Positions 41,547 to 52,643 of a DNA stretch of 64,000 nucleotides are shown in pieces. Source of the DNA: an uncultured Alphaproteobacteria bacterium (GTDB taxonomy: Bacteria; Pseudomonadota; Alphaproteobacteria; Rhizobiales; Xanthobacteraceae); the NCBI GenBank assembly GCA_963770985.1, contig CAVYRR010000009.1, forward strand, positions 87,433 through 151,432, written 5' to 3'. Below the pieces are notes generated by a model. It saw only the letters and a program-made list of their open reading frames with translations. It did not search any database and was not told where the DNA came from. Each line of letters begins with the position of its first letter. The stretch's first letter is position 1. The position numbers were made by a program, and so were the translations under genes.

Positions 41547-41699
41547 CGCCGTCTCCTGCAACCGTGCCTGTTCTTTTCGTTGGTCGCGGGCGTAGCAGGT
41601 TCGGTTCAAGGTTCCGTAAATAGCGCCGCGTCTTGACCCCTTTTTGACCCCCCGATAGGGTCCCAATCCATTCCCGTGCTTAAGAATCAGTAATTTTCG

Positions 41700-42659
41700 A
41701 TGGCCGAAGCGAATCTTCTCGCCAATGACCGCGCGCGCCCAGACAATCTGGACCCCTCGCGCTCGTTCCAGGGGCTCATTCTGGCGCTGCAGCAGTATTG
41801 GGCGAACTGGGGCTGCGTCATATTGCAGCCCTACGACATGGAGGTGGGGGCGGGCACCTTCCACCCGGCGACGACGCTGCGCGCGCTCGGACCTAAGCCC
41901 TGGAACGCGGCTTACGTGCAGCCCTCGCGCCGGCCCAAGGACGGTCGCTACGGCGAGAACCCGAACCGGCTGCAGCACTATTACCAATTCCAGGTGATCC
42001 TGAAGCCGTCGCCTCCCGACATCCAGGAGCTCTATCTCAATTCGCTGAAAGTCATCGGCATCGATCCCAAGCTGCACGACATTCGCTTTGTCGAAGACGA
42101 CTGGGAAAGCCCGACGCTGGGCGCCTGGGGGCTCGGCTGGGAGTGCTGGTGCGACGGCATGGAGGTTTCGCAATTCACTTACTTCCAGCAGGTCGCCGGC
42201 TTCGAATGTTCGCCGGTCGCCGGCGAGCTCACCTACGGGCTGGAGCGGCTCGCCATGTACGTCCAGGGCGTCGACCGCGTATTCGATCTGAATTTCAACG
42301 GCCGCAGCGACGACAAGAAAGTGACGTATGGCGACGTGTTCCTGCAGGCCGAGCAGGAATATTCACGGCACAATTTTGAATTCGCCGACACCGCTATGCT
42401 GTTCGAGCAGTTCAAGATGGCAGAAGCAGCCTGCCAGAAATATCTCGCCGACGGCTGGAGCGCGGACCGCAAACGCCACCTGATGGCGCTGCCGGCTTAC
42501 GACCAATGCATCAAGGCGAGCCACGTGTTCAATCTGCTCGACGCCCGTGGCGTGATCTCGGTCACCGAGCGGCAGAGTTACATTCTGCGCGTGCGCGAAC
42601 TGGCCAAAGCCTGCGGTGCGGCGTGGCTCGCCACCGAAGGGGGAGGGGCGGCGGCATGA
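41700..42659 (+). CDS. glyQ: glycine--tRNA ligase alpha subunit
   Basis: [40 protein letters not shown]. Confidence 0.98.
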   Translation: MAEANLLANDRARPDNLDPSRSFQGLILALQQYWANWGCVILQPYDMEVGAGTFHPATTLRALGPKPWNAAYVQPSRRPKDGRYGENPNRLQHYYQFQVILKPSPPDIQELYLNSLKVIGIDPKLHDIRFVEDDWESPTLGAWGLGWECWCDGMEVSQFTYFQQVAGFECSPVAGELTYGLERLAMYVQGVDRVFDLNFNGRSDDKKVTYGDVFLQAEQEYSRHNFEFADTAMLFEQFKMAEAACQKYLADGWSADRKRHLMALPAYDQCIKASHVFNLLDARGVISVTERQSYILRVRELAKACGAAWLATEGGGAAA

Positions 42660-42895
42660 GCGAACCTGAAATCGGCGGGCGAGCGCCGATAGCGGTCGAG
42701 GTCGCGGCCGGCGAAACCTATTGGTGGTGCCGCTGCGGCCGCTCGAAGACGCAGCCGTTCTGCGACGGCTCGCACGAAGTGACCGACTTCACGCCGCTGG
42801 AATGGAAGGCAAAACGCGCTGGACCGCGCAACTTCTGCACCTGCAAGCGCAGCAAGACGCCGCCGTTCTGCGACAACAGCCATTTGAAGCTATAG
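42656..42895 (+). CDS. CDGSH iron-sulfur domain protein (two CDGSH-type motifs)
   Basis: [17 protein letters not shown] and [17 protein letters not shown]; ATGA overlap with glyQ. Confidence 0.93.
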   Translation: MSEPEIGGRAPIAVEVAAGETYWWCRCGRSKTQPFCDGSHEVTDFTPLEWKAKRAGPRNFCTCKRSKTPPFCDNSHLKL

Positions 42896-42929
42896 TCGAA
42901 CCTTCTGACGGGCGATTCGACAAACAACC

Positions 42930-43496
42930 ATGCTGCTCTGGATCATCTTAGCTGTCGTTGCGGCGGTCGTCGTTTATGCGGTCGTCGTTTTCAACGGTCT
43001 GGTCCGCACCCGCCAGATGGCGAACGAGGCCTGGAGCGGCATCGACGTGCAGCTCAAGCGGCGCTCCGATCTGGTGCCCAATCTGGTGGACAGCGTGAAG
43101 GGCTATGCCGCCCATGAACGCACGGTGCTGGAACAGGTGACGGAACTGCGCAACCGGGCGCGCGCGCTGCCGGAAGGCGATGTCGCGGCCCGCGCCCAGG
43201 CCGAGGGCGCGCTGTCGGCCGCGCTCGGCCGGCTGTTCGCGCTCGCCGAGAATTATCCCGACCTGAAGGCGAGCGGCAATTTTCTGGACCTGCAGCAGCA
43301 GCTGAGCGACCTGGAAAACGAACTGCAGATGGCGCGCCGCTATTACAACGGCGCGGTGCGCAATCTCAACGTGCTGGTGCAATCGTTCCCGAGCAACCTG
43401 ATCGCCGGCCTGTTCGGCTTTGCCGCGCGCGACTATTTCGAGTTGTCGGACGCGGGCGAGCGCGCCGCGCCGCAGGTCGAACTGGCGCCGCGATGA
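42930..43496 (+). CDS. lemA: LemA family protein (second paralog)
   Basis: WSGIDVQLKRRSDLVPNLV, ENYPDLKAS, ARRYYNGAV. Confidence 0.93.
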   Translation: MLLWIILAVVAAVVVYAVVVFNGLVRTRQMANEAWSGIDVQLKRRSDLVPNLVDSVKGYAAHERTVLEQVTELRNRARALPEGDVAARAQAEGALSAALGRLFALAENYPDLKASGNFLDLQQQLSDLENELQMARRYYNGAVRNLNVLVQSFPSNLIAGLFGFAARDYFELSDAGERAAPQVELAPR

Positions 43497-45470
43497 GCCG
43501 GCTCTGGCGCATCGCGGTGCTGTTGGGCGCGCTGCTGGGCGTCGCGCCCGCGTTCGCTGCGGAAGTCATTCAATATTTCGATTCAAACGTTGAGGTCGCA
43601 AAAGACGGCGAGCTCACCGTCACCGAAACGCTGCGCGTGCATGCCGAGGGCAACGCGATGCGGCACGGCATCTATCGCGACTTTCCGCTCACCTTTCGCG
43701 ACGCCGGCGGCACGCTGCGCGAGGTGACTTTCAGCCTGATCGGCGTCATGCGCGACAATCAAGCCGAGCCCTATCACACCGAGCGAACGCGTGGCGTCAT
43801 CCGCATCTATGCCGGCGACAAGGACATCGCTGATCCGGCCTGGCGAACACACTTATGTCTTTCGCTACCGCACCGGACGGCAAATCCGCTGGTTCGACGG
43901 CAAGCCCGAGCTCAACTGGAACGTGACCGGCAATTTCTGGCGCTTCCCGGTTCTCTATGCGAGCTATCACCTGCATCTTGCCGGCGGCGAGGGCCCGGTG
44001 CGCTGGACCGCCTTCACCGGCCGCATCGGCGAGCGCGGCACCGACTGGCAAGGCGATCGCGGTCCTCTTGGCACGCTCACCGTTTCGACGACGCGTCCGC
44101 TGCGCATTGGCGCGGGTCTCACCGTGGTCGCCGAATTGCCCGCCGGCGTGGTGGAGCCGCCGAGCGCGAATACGCTGCTGTGGTACCAACTGTTCGACAA
44201 CCGCCAATGGATTTTCGGCGGCGTCGGGTTTCTCGTCGTTCTCATCTATTACTTCGCCGCCTGGGAAGCGGTCGGCCGCGATCCCAGGCCCGGCACCATC
44301 ATCCCGCTGTTTCATCCGCCGCAGGGCATTTCGCCGGCGCTCGCCAATTACATCCACAATTGGGGCCTCGGGCGGGAGAAGTGGCGCGCGTTCACGGCAG
44401 CGGCGCTGTCGCTCGCGGTGCGCGGTCTCGTTCATTTCGACAACAAAGGCGGCGCGCTGACGCTGAAATTGACCGGCAAACAACCCACCGGCGGTTTCGC
44501 CAGCCTGCCGGCCGGCGAAGCCGCAATCTTCACCTGGCTGAATTCCGAGGCTGGCTTTGCCACGATCGACAAGGCCCATGGCGAAGCGGTCGCCATCGTC
44601 GGCGACAAGTTCACCAAGAGCATCGAGAGCGAAAGCCGCAACCGCTTCTTCCGGCGTAATCTCGGCTACGTGTTTGCCGGTCTGGCGATGACCGTTGCGG
44701 TCGTGATCGGCATCGTCAGTTTCGGCGGCTTGCAGGACCAGGATATTCCCATTCTGGCGGGGCTGTGCTTCGGCGGCTTCTTTCTCGGCATGTTCACGCT
44801 GCCGGTGCTGCAAGCGCTGGCTGGCGGCGGCGCGAAATTCGCCGTTCTCGCGCGCGCTGCCATGTCGCTCGTCTTTACCGTCATTGTCGTTTCGATCGTC
44901 TTCAGTTCCATCCCGGGAATCCTGCACAGCATCTCCAGCGACGCCTTGCCGGCTTTGCAGTCGCTCGTCATCGGCAATCCGTTCCCCTTCGTACTGGTGA
45001 CGGCATTCACCGCGCTCAACGGGCTGTTCTTTCATTTGATGCGGGCGCCGACCTCGCTCGGCCGCCCGGTCATGGACCAGCTCTCGGGTTTCAAGCTCTA
45101 TCTCGAAACCGCCGAAGCCGACCGCCTCAATTTGCAGGGCGCGCCCGAGATCACCGCCGAGCGCTTCGAGGCGCTATTGCCCTATGCGGTCGCCCTCGAC
45201 GTCGAGAAACCCTGGTCCGATGCTTTCGCCGCGGCGGTGCGGCGCGCCCATCCGGGCGAGGCCGACCCGATGTCCAACTATCAGCCGGGCTGGAGCAGCG
45301 GTGGCGGCTGGTCGGGCCGCGATTTCGGCAGCGCAGTTTCGTCCTCGGTGGCGGGCGTGAGCGGCGCCTTGGCGAGCGCCGTGCCGGTCTCGTCCGGCTC
45401 ATCCGGTTTTTCCGGCGGCGGTGGCGGTTCAGGCGGCGGTGGCGGCGGAGGCGGCGGGGGAGGCTGGTAA
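43493..45470 (+). CDS. DUF2207 membrane protein (apparent frameshift near 43825)
   Basis: VTETLRV, HGIYRDFP, ELNWNVTGN, LLPYAVALDVE, terminal GGGGGGGGGGW. Confidence 0.9.
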
Positions 45471-45536
45471 TAGCCGTGGGTGACAGCGGCCATCGGCCTT
45501 GCTAGGCAGACCCCGACCGACGCTGAAAGTCCCGCA

Positions 45537-47773
45537 ATGCCCGATCTCCTGCTCGAATTCCTGTCGGAAGAGATTCCCGCGCGCATGCAGGCGCGCGCCG
45601 CCGAGGATTTGAAGAAAATGGTGACCGACCGGCTGGTGGCGGCCGGTCTCGTTTACGAAGGCGCCAAGGCCTTCGCCACGCCGCGCCGGTTGGCGCTGTC
45701 GGTGCATGGCGTGCCGGTGCGCCAGCCCGACACCAAGGAAGAGAAGAAAGGCCCGCGCGTCGGCGCGCCCGAACAGGCCATTGCCGGATTTCTCAAAGCG
45801 GCCGGCTTGAAGTCGATCGACCAGGCCAAGGTGCAGCCCGACAAGAAGGGCGACTTCTACCTGGCGGTTATCGAGAAGCAGGGCAGGTCGGCGCTCGATG
45901 TGTTGGCTGAGATGATCCCCGAGGTGTGCGCGACTTCCCGTGGCCGAAGTCCATGCGCTGGGGCAGCGGCCGGCTCACCTGGGTACGCCCGCTGCATTCC
46001 ATAATTGCAACGTTCGGGCCGGAAACCGAAGAGCCTGACATCGTCCCATTCGAGGTGGGCGGTATCAAATCGGGCGACCAGACGCGCGGCCATCGCTTCA
46101 TGGCGCCTGGCGCCTTCAAGGTGCGCCGCTTCGACGATTACATTGCCAAGCTCGAGGCGGCCAAGGTGGTGCTCGATCCGGTGCGGCGCGCGGAAATGAT
46201 TCTGACCGACGCCAAACATCTCGCCTTCGCGCAAGGCTACGAGCTGCTGGAAGACGCCGGGCTGCTCGCCGAGGTCGCCGGCCTGGTGGAATGGCCGGTG
46301 ACGTTGATGGGTTCGTTCGACGCGGCCTATCTCGCGATCCCCGAGGAAGTGATCCGCGCCACCATCCGCAACAACCAGAAATGTTTCGTGCTGCGCGACA
46401 CGCAGACGGCCAAACTCACCAACAAGTTCATTCTGGTCGCCAACGAGGAAGCCTCGGACGGCGGCAAAGCGATTGTCGGCGGCAACGAGCGCGTGATCCG
46501 CGCGCGGCTGTCCGATGCCAAGTTCTTCTATGACACGGATTTGAAAACGCGGCTGGAGGACCGGCTGCCGAAATTCGGCGGAATCGTGTTCCACGAGAAG
46601 CTCGGCACCCAGGCCGAGCGCATCGCGCGCATGGTCGCGCTCGCTGGGCAGCTGGCGCCGCTGGTCGGCGCCGACGCCGCCAAGTCCGAACGCGCCGCGC
46701 TTCTGTGTAAGACGGACCTGCTGACCGACGTTGTCGGCGAATTTCCAGAACTGCAAGGCTTGATGGGCCGCTACTACGCCGAGGCGCAGAACGAGGACGA
46801 GGCGGTCGCGCATGCTTGCGAGGATCACTATCGGCCGAAGGGGCCGGACGACCTGGTGCCCGCCGATCCGGTGGCGATCGCCGTCGCGCTCGCCGACAAG
46901 ATCGACACACTAGTCGGCTTCTGGGCGATCGACGAGAAACCGACGGGATCGAAGGACCCTTACGCGCTGCGGCGCGCGGCGCTCGGCGTCATTCGCATCG
47001 TGATCGAAAACGAATTGCGGCTGCCGCTGCGCTTGCAGCTGTGGCGGCACTTCGGCACGGTCCGCCGCGATGAAAATTTAGCCGAAGCCATCGCCGCGTT
47101 GCATTCCATGCACGAGCAGATCATCGATTTGAGCGCGACCGATATCGAGTTGGCGGTCAAGCTGGAAGTATTGGTATCGGAAAGGAGCAAGCGGGTCGCC
47201 GGGCCGGTCCTGGTGCAGGCCCACTCCTATCTCCAGCAGACCCAGGATTTGCTCTCGTTCCTCGCCGACCGCCTCAAGGTGCAGTTGCGCGAGGATGGCG
47301 CGCGGCACGATTTGGTCGATGCCGTGTTTGCGCAAAACTCGGAAGGCCAGGACGATCTTCTGCTGATCGTGCGCCGCGTCGAAGCGCTCGGCAAATTCCT
47401 CGACACCGACGACGGCAAGAACCTGCTCGCCGGCGTCAAACGCGCCTCGAATATCCTGCGTATCGAGGAGAAGAAGGACAACAAATTATTCAGCGGCGCG
47501 CCCGATGTCAAGCGGCTCGCGGCGGGCGAGGAAAAGGCGCTGGCGGAAGCCATCAACGTCGCCAAGAAGGACGCCTCCGCCGCCGTCGCCAAGGAAGACT
47601 TCGCCGCCGCCATGAGCGCCATGGCGAAGCTGCGTCCCAAGGTCGATGCCTTTTTCGACAAGGTCACCGTCAATGTCGACGACAAGGCTCTGCGCGAAAA
47701 CCGCCTTAAGCTGCTCAATGAAATCCGCGAAGCCACCCGCACCGTTGCGGATTTTTCCAGGATCGAGGGGTAG
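45537..47773 (+). CDS. glyS: glycine--tRNA ligase beta subunit (apparent frameshift near 45926)
   Basis: [55 protein letters not shown]. Confidence 0.96.
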
Positions 47774-47780
47774 ACAAAAT

Positions 47781-47881
47781 CGTCGTCCCCGCGAAGGCGG
47801 GGACCCATAACCCCTGCCTAGCCGGATCATAAGCACAGGGGTTATGGGTCCCGGCTCTCGCTTCGCTCGGCCGGGACGACA
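47781..47881. repeat. REP-like composite palindrome (GTCCCCGCGAAGGCGGGGACCCAT family)
   Basis: GTCGTCCCCGCGAAGGCGGGGACCCATAACCCCTG...CAGGGGTTATGGGTCCCGGC...GCCGGGACGAC. Confidence 0.85.
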
Positions 47882-47890
47882 GTTGAAGAA

Positions 47891-47915
47891 GGAACCCGCC
47901 GCGCATTGTGCCGTT
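47891..47915 (+). promoter_or_regulatory. EcfG-type promoter
   Basis: GGAAC-ccgccgcgcattgtgc-CGTT, exact GGAAC-N16-CGTT. Confidence 0.8.
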
Positions 47916-47949
47916 TCATTCCTACCTGCAACCCTAAAAGGACACCGCC

Positions 47950-48093
47950 ATGGTCATCGGCATCGCTCATTTGCAGCCCATTGTCGCGTTGGTCGCCGGC
48001 ATTCTCATCCTGGTCATGCCGCGCCTGCTCAACTTCATCGTCGCGATCTACCTGATCCTGGTCGGCGTCATGGGCCTTGGACTTATCAAGTAG
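47950..48093 (+). CDS. DUF3096 small membrane protein, 47 aa (absent from ORF track)
   Basis: MVIGIAHLQPIVALVAGILILVMPRLLNFIVAIYLILVGVMGLGLIK; RBS AAAAGGA. Confidence 0.88.
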   Translation: MVIGIAHLQPIVALVAGILILVMPRLLNFIVAIYLILVGVMGLGLIK

Positions 48094-48170
48094 GCAAAAA
48101 TCCGGGCTTGCGTCGGCGGCGTTGGCGGTGCTTTTAAGGGCCGTCAGCCCCTCCAGTATTTTATTGAACC

Positions 48171-50954
48171 ATGGCCAAACGAAAATCCTTGCGCGCCAGC
48201 GTTAAAACCAAAAAACCCATCCGAAAAGCGGCCAAAGCCAAGCCCAAGGCTGCGGCCCGGGCGGCGCCGTCCAAAGGCAAATGGGTCTACGGCTTTGGCG
48301 GCGGCTCCGCCGAGGGCAAGCCCAATATGCGCAATCTGCTGGGCGGCAAGGGCGCCGGCCTCGCCGAAATGGCCAATCTCGGCCTGCCGGTACCGCCTGG
48401 CTTCACCATCACTACCGAGGTCTGCACCTACTACTACGCCAACAAGCAGCAGTACCCGAAAGAGCTTCGCGCCCAAGTCGAGAAGGCGCTCGCCCAGGTC
48501 GGCCGCATCACCGGCAAGATTTTCGGCGACAAGAGTAACCCGCTACTGGTCTCGGTGCGCTCCGGCGCCCGCGCCTCGATGCCCGGCATGATGGACACCG
48601 TGCTCAATCTCGGGCTCAACGACGAAACGGTGGCGGCGCTGGCGAAGAAATCCGGCGACCGGCGTTTCGCCTATGACAGCTATCGGCGCTTCATCACCAT
48701 GTATTCCGATGTGGTGCTCGGCGTCGGCCACGAGCACTTCGAGGAACTGCTCGACCGCCACAAGGAGCGGCAGGGCTACTCGCTCGACACCGATCTCACC
48801 GCCGACGATTGGGTCGAACTGGTCGAGCTCTATAAGAAGCGATTGCAGCAGGAGCGTGGCGAGCCGTTCCCGCAGGATCCGCACGAGCAATTGTGGGGCG
48901 CGATCGGCGCGGTGTTCGGTTCCTGGATGAACCAGCGCGCCAACACCTACCGCCGCCTGCACAATATTCCGGAGAGCTGGGGCACCGCGGTCAACGTGCA
49001 GGCCATGGTGTTCGGCAATATGGGCGACACCTCGGCAACCGGCGTCGCCTTCACGCGCAACCCGTCCACCGGCGAGAGGAAGCTGTACGGCGAGTTCCTC
49101 ATCAACGCGCAGGGCGAGGACGTGGTCGCCGGCATCCGCACGCCGCAGGAAATCAGCGAGGCCGCACGCATCGAGGCCGGCTCCGACAAGCCGTCGATGG
49201 AAAACACGCTGCCCAAGGCTTATTCGGAACTCAAGCGCATCTACAACACGCTCGAGCGCCATTACCGCGACATGCAGGACCTCGAATTCACGGTCGAGCA
49301 AAACAAGCTGTGGATGCTGCAGACCCGCTCGGGCAAACGCACCGCCAGGGCCGCGCTGCGTATCGCGGTCGAGCTCGCCAACGAAGGCCTGATCTCCAAG
49401 AACGAGGCCGTGCTGCGCGTCGATCCGCTGGCGCTCGATCAGCTCCTGCACCCGACCATCGATCCGCGTGCGCACCGGCGCGTGATCGCGACCGGCCTGC
49501 CGGCCTCGCCCGGCGCTGCATCGGGCGAGATCGTGTTCTCGCCTGATGAAGCGGCGCAACTCAAAGCCGACGGCAAGAAGGTCATCCTGGTGCGGGTGGA
49601 AACATCACCCGAAGACATTCACGGTATGCACGCGGCCGAAGGCATCCTCACCACCCGCGGCGGCATGACCTCGCATGCGGCGGTGGTCGCCCGCGGCATG
49701 GGCAAGCCCTGCGTCTCCGGCGCAGGCGTCCTGCGCGTCGATTACAATGCCGGCACCATGACGGCCGGCGGACAGATCGCTTCAAGACAAGGCGACTTCA
49801 TCACCGTCGACGGCTCTACCGGACAAGTATTGGCCGGCAAGGTCGACATGATCGAACCGCAGCTGTCCGGCGAATTTTCCACGTTGATCGGCTGGGCCGA
49901 CAAGGTGCGCAAGCTCGGCGTGCGCGCCAACGCCGATACGCCGGCAGACGCCAAGGCCGCGGTGCGCTTCGGCGCCGAGGGCATCGGGCTCTGCCGTACC
50001 GAGCACATGTTCTTCGACGAAAATCGCATCCAGGCGGTGCGCGAGATGATCCTGGCCGACGACGAGAAGTCGCGCCGGACCGCGCTCGCCAAATTGCTGC
50101 CGATGCAGCGTGCCGATTTCGTCGAGCTGTTCGAAATTATGGACGGCCGGCCGGTGACCATAAGGCTGCTCGATCCGCCGCTGCACGAATTCCTGCCGCA
50201 CGGCCAGGAAGAGATCGCCGAAGTCGCGGCCGCCATGGGCGCCGATCCGCGCAAGCTTGCCGACCGCGCGCGCGAACTGGCCGAATTCAACCCGATGCTG
50301 GGTTTCCGCGGCTGTCGCATCGCCATCGCCTATCCGGAAGTCGCCGAGATGCAGGCGCGCGCGATTTTCGAGGCCGCGGTCGAAACGGCCAAGCGCACCG
50401 GCAAGCCCGTCGTACCTGAGGTGATGGTGCCGCTGATCGCGACCAAGGCCGAATTCGACCTGGTCAAGGCGCGCATCGACGCCATGGCCAAGGCGGTAGC
50501 GAAGGAGACCGGCGCCAAGCTCAATTACCAGGTCGGCACCATGATCGAATTGCCGCGCGCCGCATTAATGGCCGGCGAGATCGCCGAGACCGCGGAATTC
50601 TTCTCGTTCGGCACAAACGATCTGACGCAGACAACGTTCGGCATCTCGCGCGACGACGCCGCGAGTTTCCTCGGCATCTATACCGCGCGCGGGATACTGC
50701 CCGGCGATCCGTTCGTGTCGATCGATCAGCAAGGCGTCGGCGAACTGGTGCGCATCGGCGTCGAGCGCGGGCGAAAAGTCCGTCCCAAGCTCAAAGTCGG
50801 CATCTGCGGCGAACACGGCGGCGACCCCGCTTCGGTCGCCTTCTGCCACCAGGTCAAGCTCGATTACGTGTCGTGCTCGCCGTTCCGGGTACCGATCGCG
50901 CGGCTTGCCGCCGCGCAGGCGGCCTTGGGCAAGGCCGCAGCCAGTACGGCGTAA
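48171..50954 (+). CDS. ppdK: pyruvate, phosphate dikinase
   Basis: LLGGKGAGLAEM, GGMTSHAAVVAR, GLCRTEHMF, SFGTNDLTQ, GICGEHGG. Confidence 0.98.
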   Translation: MAKRKSLRASVKTKKPIRKAAKAKPKAAARAAPSKGKWVYGFGGGSAEGKPNMRNLLGGKGAGLAEMANLGLPVPPGFTITTEVCTYYYANKQQYPKELRAQVEKALAQVGRITGKIFGDKSNPLLVSVRSGARASMPGMMDTVLNLGLNDETVAALAKKSGDRRFAYDSYRRFITMYSDVVLGVGHEHFEELLDRHKERQGYSLDTDLTADDWVELVELYKKRLQQERGEPFPQDPHEQLWGAIGAVFGSWMNQRANTYRRLHNIPESWGTAVNVQAMVFGNMGDTSATGVAFTRNPSTGERKLYGEFLINAQGEDVVAGIRTPQEISEAARIEAGSDKPSMENTLPKAYSELKRIYNTLERHYRDMQDLEFTVEQNKLWMLQTRSGKRTARAALRIAVELANEGLISKNEAVLRVDPLALDQLLHPTIDPRAHRRVIATGLPASPGAASGEIVFSPDEAAQLKADGKKVILVRVETSPEDIHGMHAAEGILTTRGGMTSHAAVVARGMGKPCVSGAGVLRVDYNAGTMTAGGQIASRQGDFITVDGSTGQVLAGKVDMIEPQLSGEFSTLIGWADKVRKLGVRANADTPADAKAAVRFGAEGIGLCRTEHMFFDENRIQAVREMILADDEKSRRTALAKLLPMQRADFVELFEIMDGRPVTIRLLDPPLHEFLPHGQEEIAEVAAAMGADPRKLADRARELAEFNPMLGFRGCRIAIAYPEVAEMQARAIFEAAVETAKRTGKPVVPEVMVPLIATKAEFDLVKARIDAMAKAVAKETGAKLNYQVGTMIELPRAALMAGEIAETAEFFSFGTNDLTQTTFGISRDDAASFLGIYTARGILPGDPFVSIDQQGVGELVRIGVERGRKVRPKLKVGICGEHGGDPASVAFCHQVKLDYVSCSPFRVPIARLAAAQAALGKAAASTA

Positions 50955-50959
50955 GGCGA

Positions 50960-52363
50960 CTACACCGCCACTTTAGTGAGAAAGTCTTCGACCTCGAGCC
51001 GCAGATTGGAGACTGCCAATTCGGCCGATTGCGAAGCGTCGCGCACCACCTCCGCCGAGGATCGGGTTTCGGTCGCCGCGCCTGCAACCTCTTCCAGTAC
51101 CGCCACTACGTGATCGGTCCCATCCGCCGCGCTTGCCACGTTGTGCGAGATTTCCTCGGTCGCCGAACTCTGCTGGATTACCGACGAAGTCACCGCTGCG
51201 GTCGACTCATTGATCTCCTGCATGCGGGCGGCGATCTGACGGATCGCCTCGACCGCGCCGGAAGTTGAGTCCTGCACCGCAAGGATATGACTGGCTATTT
51301 CCTCGGTCGCCTTGGCGGTCTGCACCGCCAGCGATTTGACTTCCGAGGCAACTACCGCGAAGCCCCTGCCGGCTTCGCCCGCGCGTGCGGCCTCAATGGT
51401 CGCGTTGAGTGCCAGCAGATTGGTCTGACCGGCGATATTGCGGATCAGCTTGATCACCTCACCGATCTTCTGGGCGTCGGAGGCTAAATCAGCGATTTCG
51501 CTGTCGGTCGAGCGCGCCTCGCTGGTCGCGAGCCCGACCACGTTATTGGTGTGGGTGAGTTGGTGGCTGATCTCGGCGATCGAGCGCGACAATTCGCCGG
51601 CCGCGACCGACGCAGCTTCCACGTTGGAGGACGCCTCGTTGAACGCCTGCACGGCAGTTACGGCGCGCTGCGAGGTCTGGTCGGACGAGCCGAGCAGTGC
51701 GCTCGCGGTCGAGCGCATGGCGGTCGCGCTGCCGCTCACGCTGGAAAGCAGCTTCTCGACCTGCGGCCGGAACGAGGCGATCGCCGCGTCGATGACCGCG
51801 CGCCGCTGTTCCTGGTCTTGGATCGCGGCGCGTTCCTGTTCGGCGCGGTGTTGTTCGGTGACGTCCTCATGGGTGGACACCCAGCCGCCGCCCGGCAGCG
51901 CCTCGTTCTTAGCCAGCACATTGCGGCCGTCGCTGGCTCGCACATAGGCTTGCGTGCTTTGGCCTTTGGCGGCGCCGTCGAGAATTGTCCGGCAATAGCC
52001 CTCGACGTCGCCGGAAAACAGCCCGGTCTCCTTGCGGTGCTCAATCAGTTCGCGCAACGAGCAGCCCGGCCGCACGATCTTCGGCGAAACATTGTACATG
52101 TCCATGTAGCGACGATTTTGCAGAACAATGCGGCCTTGCGCGTCGAACATCAGCAGGCCTTGCGACATGTTGTCGAGCGCGGTCGATAGCCGGCGATTGT
52201 GCGTGACCGTGCGGCGGTGCCAAACGCCGGCCAACGCCAGCGCGGCGACGCCCAGCGCCGCAAATAGCAGCGCTTGGCCGACGACGGTCGATGGCAGAAT
52301 GGACGAAAGCATGCCGCTCCAGGTGCGGTACCGCGGGCCGATATTGGCGGCGAGCGATTGCAA
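50960..52363 (-). CDS. PAS-domain methyl-accepting chemotaxis protein
   Basis: [13 protein letters not shown] (PAS), [34 protein letters not shown]; start uncertain (52312-52363). Confidence 0.93.
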   Translation of the reverse strand: MQSLAANIGPRYRTWSGMLSSILPSTVVGQALLFAALGVAALALAGVWHRRTVTHNRRLSTALDNMSQGLLMFDAQGRIVLQNRRYMDMYNVSPKIVRPGCSLRELIEHRKETGLFSGDVEGYCRTILDGAAKGQSTQAYVRASDGRNVLAKNEALPGGGWVSTHEDVTEQHRAEQERAAIQDQEQRRAVIDAAIASFRPQVEKLLSSVSGSATAMRSTASALLGSSDQTSQRAVTAVQAFNEASSNVEAASVAAGELSRSIAEISHQLTHTNNVVGLATSEARSTDSEIADLASDAQKIGEVIKLIRNIAGQTNLLALNATIEAARAGEAGRGFAVVASEVKSLAVQTAKATEEIASHILAVQDSTSGAVEAIRQIAARMQEINESTAAVTSSVIQQSSATEEISHNVASAADGTDHVVAVLEEVAGAATETRSSAEVVRDASQSAELAVSNLRLEVEDFLTKVAV

Positions 52364-52466
52364 TATGGTTAATGTTTGATGCCCAACAATTGCGCGCCAA
52401 ATCGCGAACGACTTGCGCGCCGCGGCAATTCACAGCGGCAAGGTGGGAATTCTACGCGGCGCGCGG

Positions 52467-52498
52467 TTAACACGTTCGCAAGGTTAATCAGTCCATAA
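52467..52498. promoter_or_regulatory. candidate CtrA sites in the divergent MCP/hydrolase promoter
   Basis: TTAA-tcagtcc-ATAA (52484-52498) plus a GGTTAAC half-site at about 52465-52471. Confidence 0.5.
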
Positions 52499-52643
52499 AA
52501 AAACCGGTCGCATTGTCTGCGATCCGGCGGCGTATGCCGGCAAGCGCATGATCCCGAACGGCTCGTCCTCGATTCGATCGGGGGTGGGAACTGGTTTCGG
52601 TTATGCGCTGAGTAAACGTTGTTGCGTGGCGTGAGCTTTGGTC

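Noticed and set aside
45410-45467. GGC-rich tandem repeat
   Set aside because: Encodes the normal Gly-rich C-terminus of DUF2207 proteins
45900-45950. Programmed frameshifting in glyS, ccrM or ETF-QO
   Set aside because: No slippery heptamers at the shift sites, and similar indels occur throughout the window
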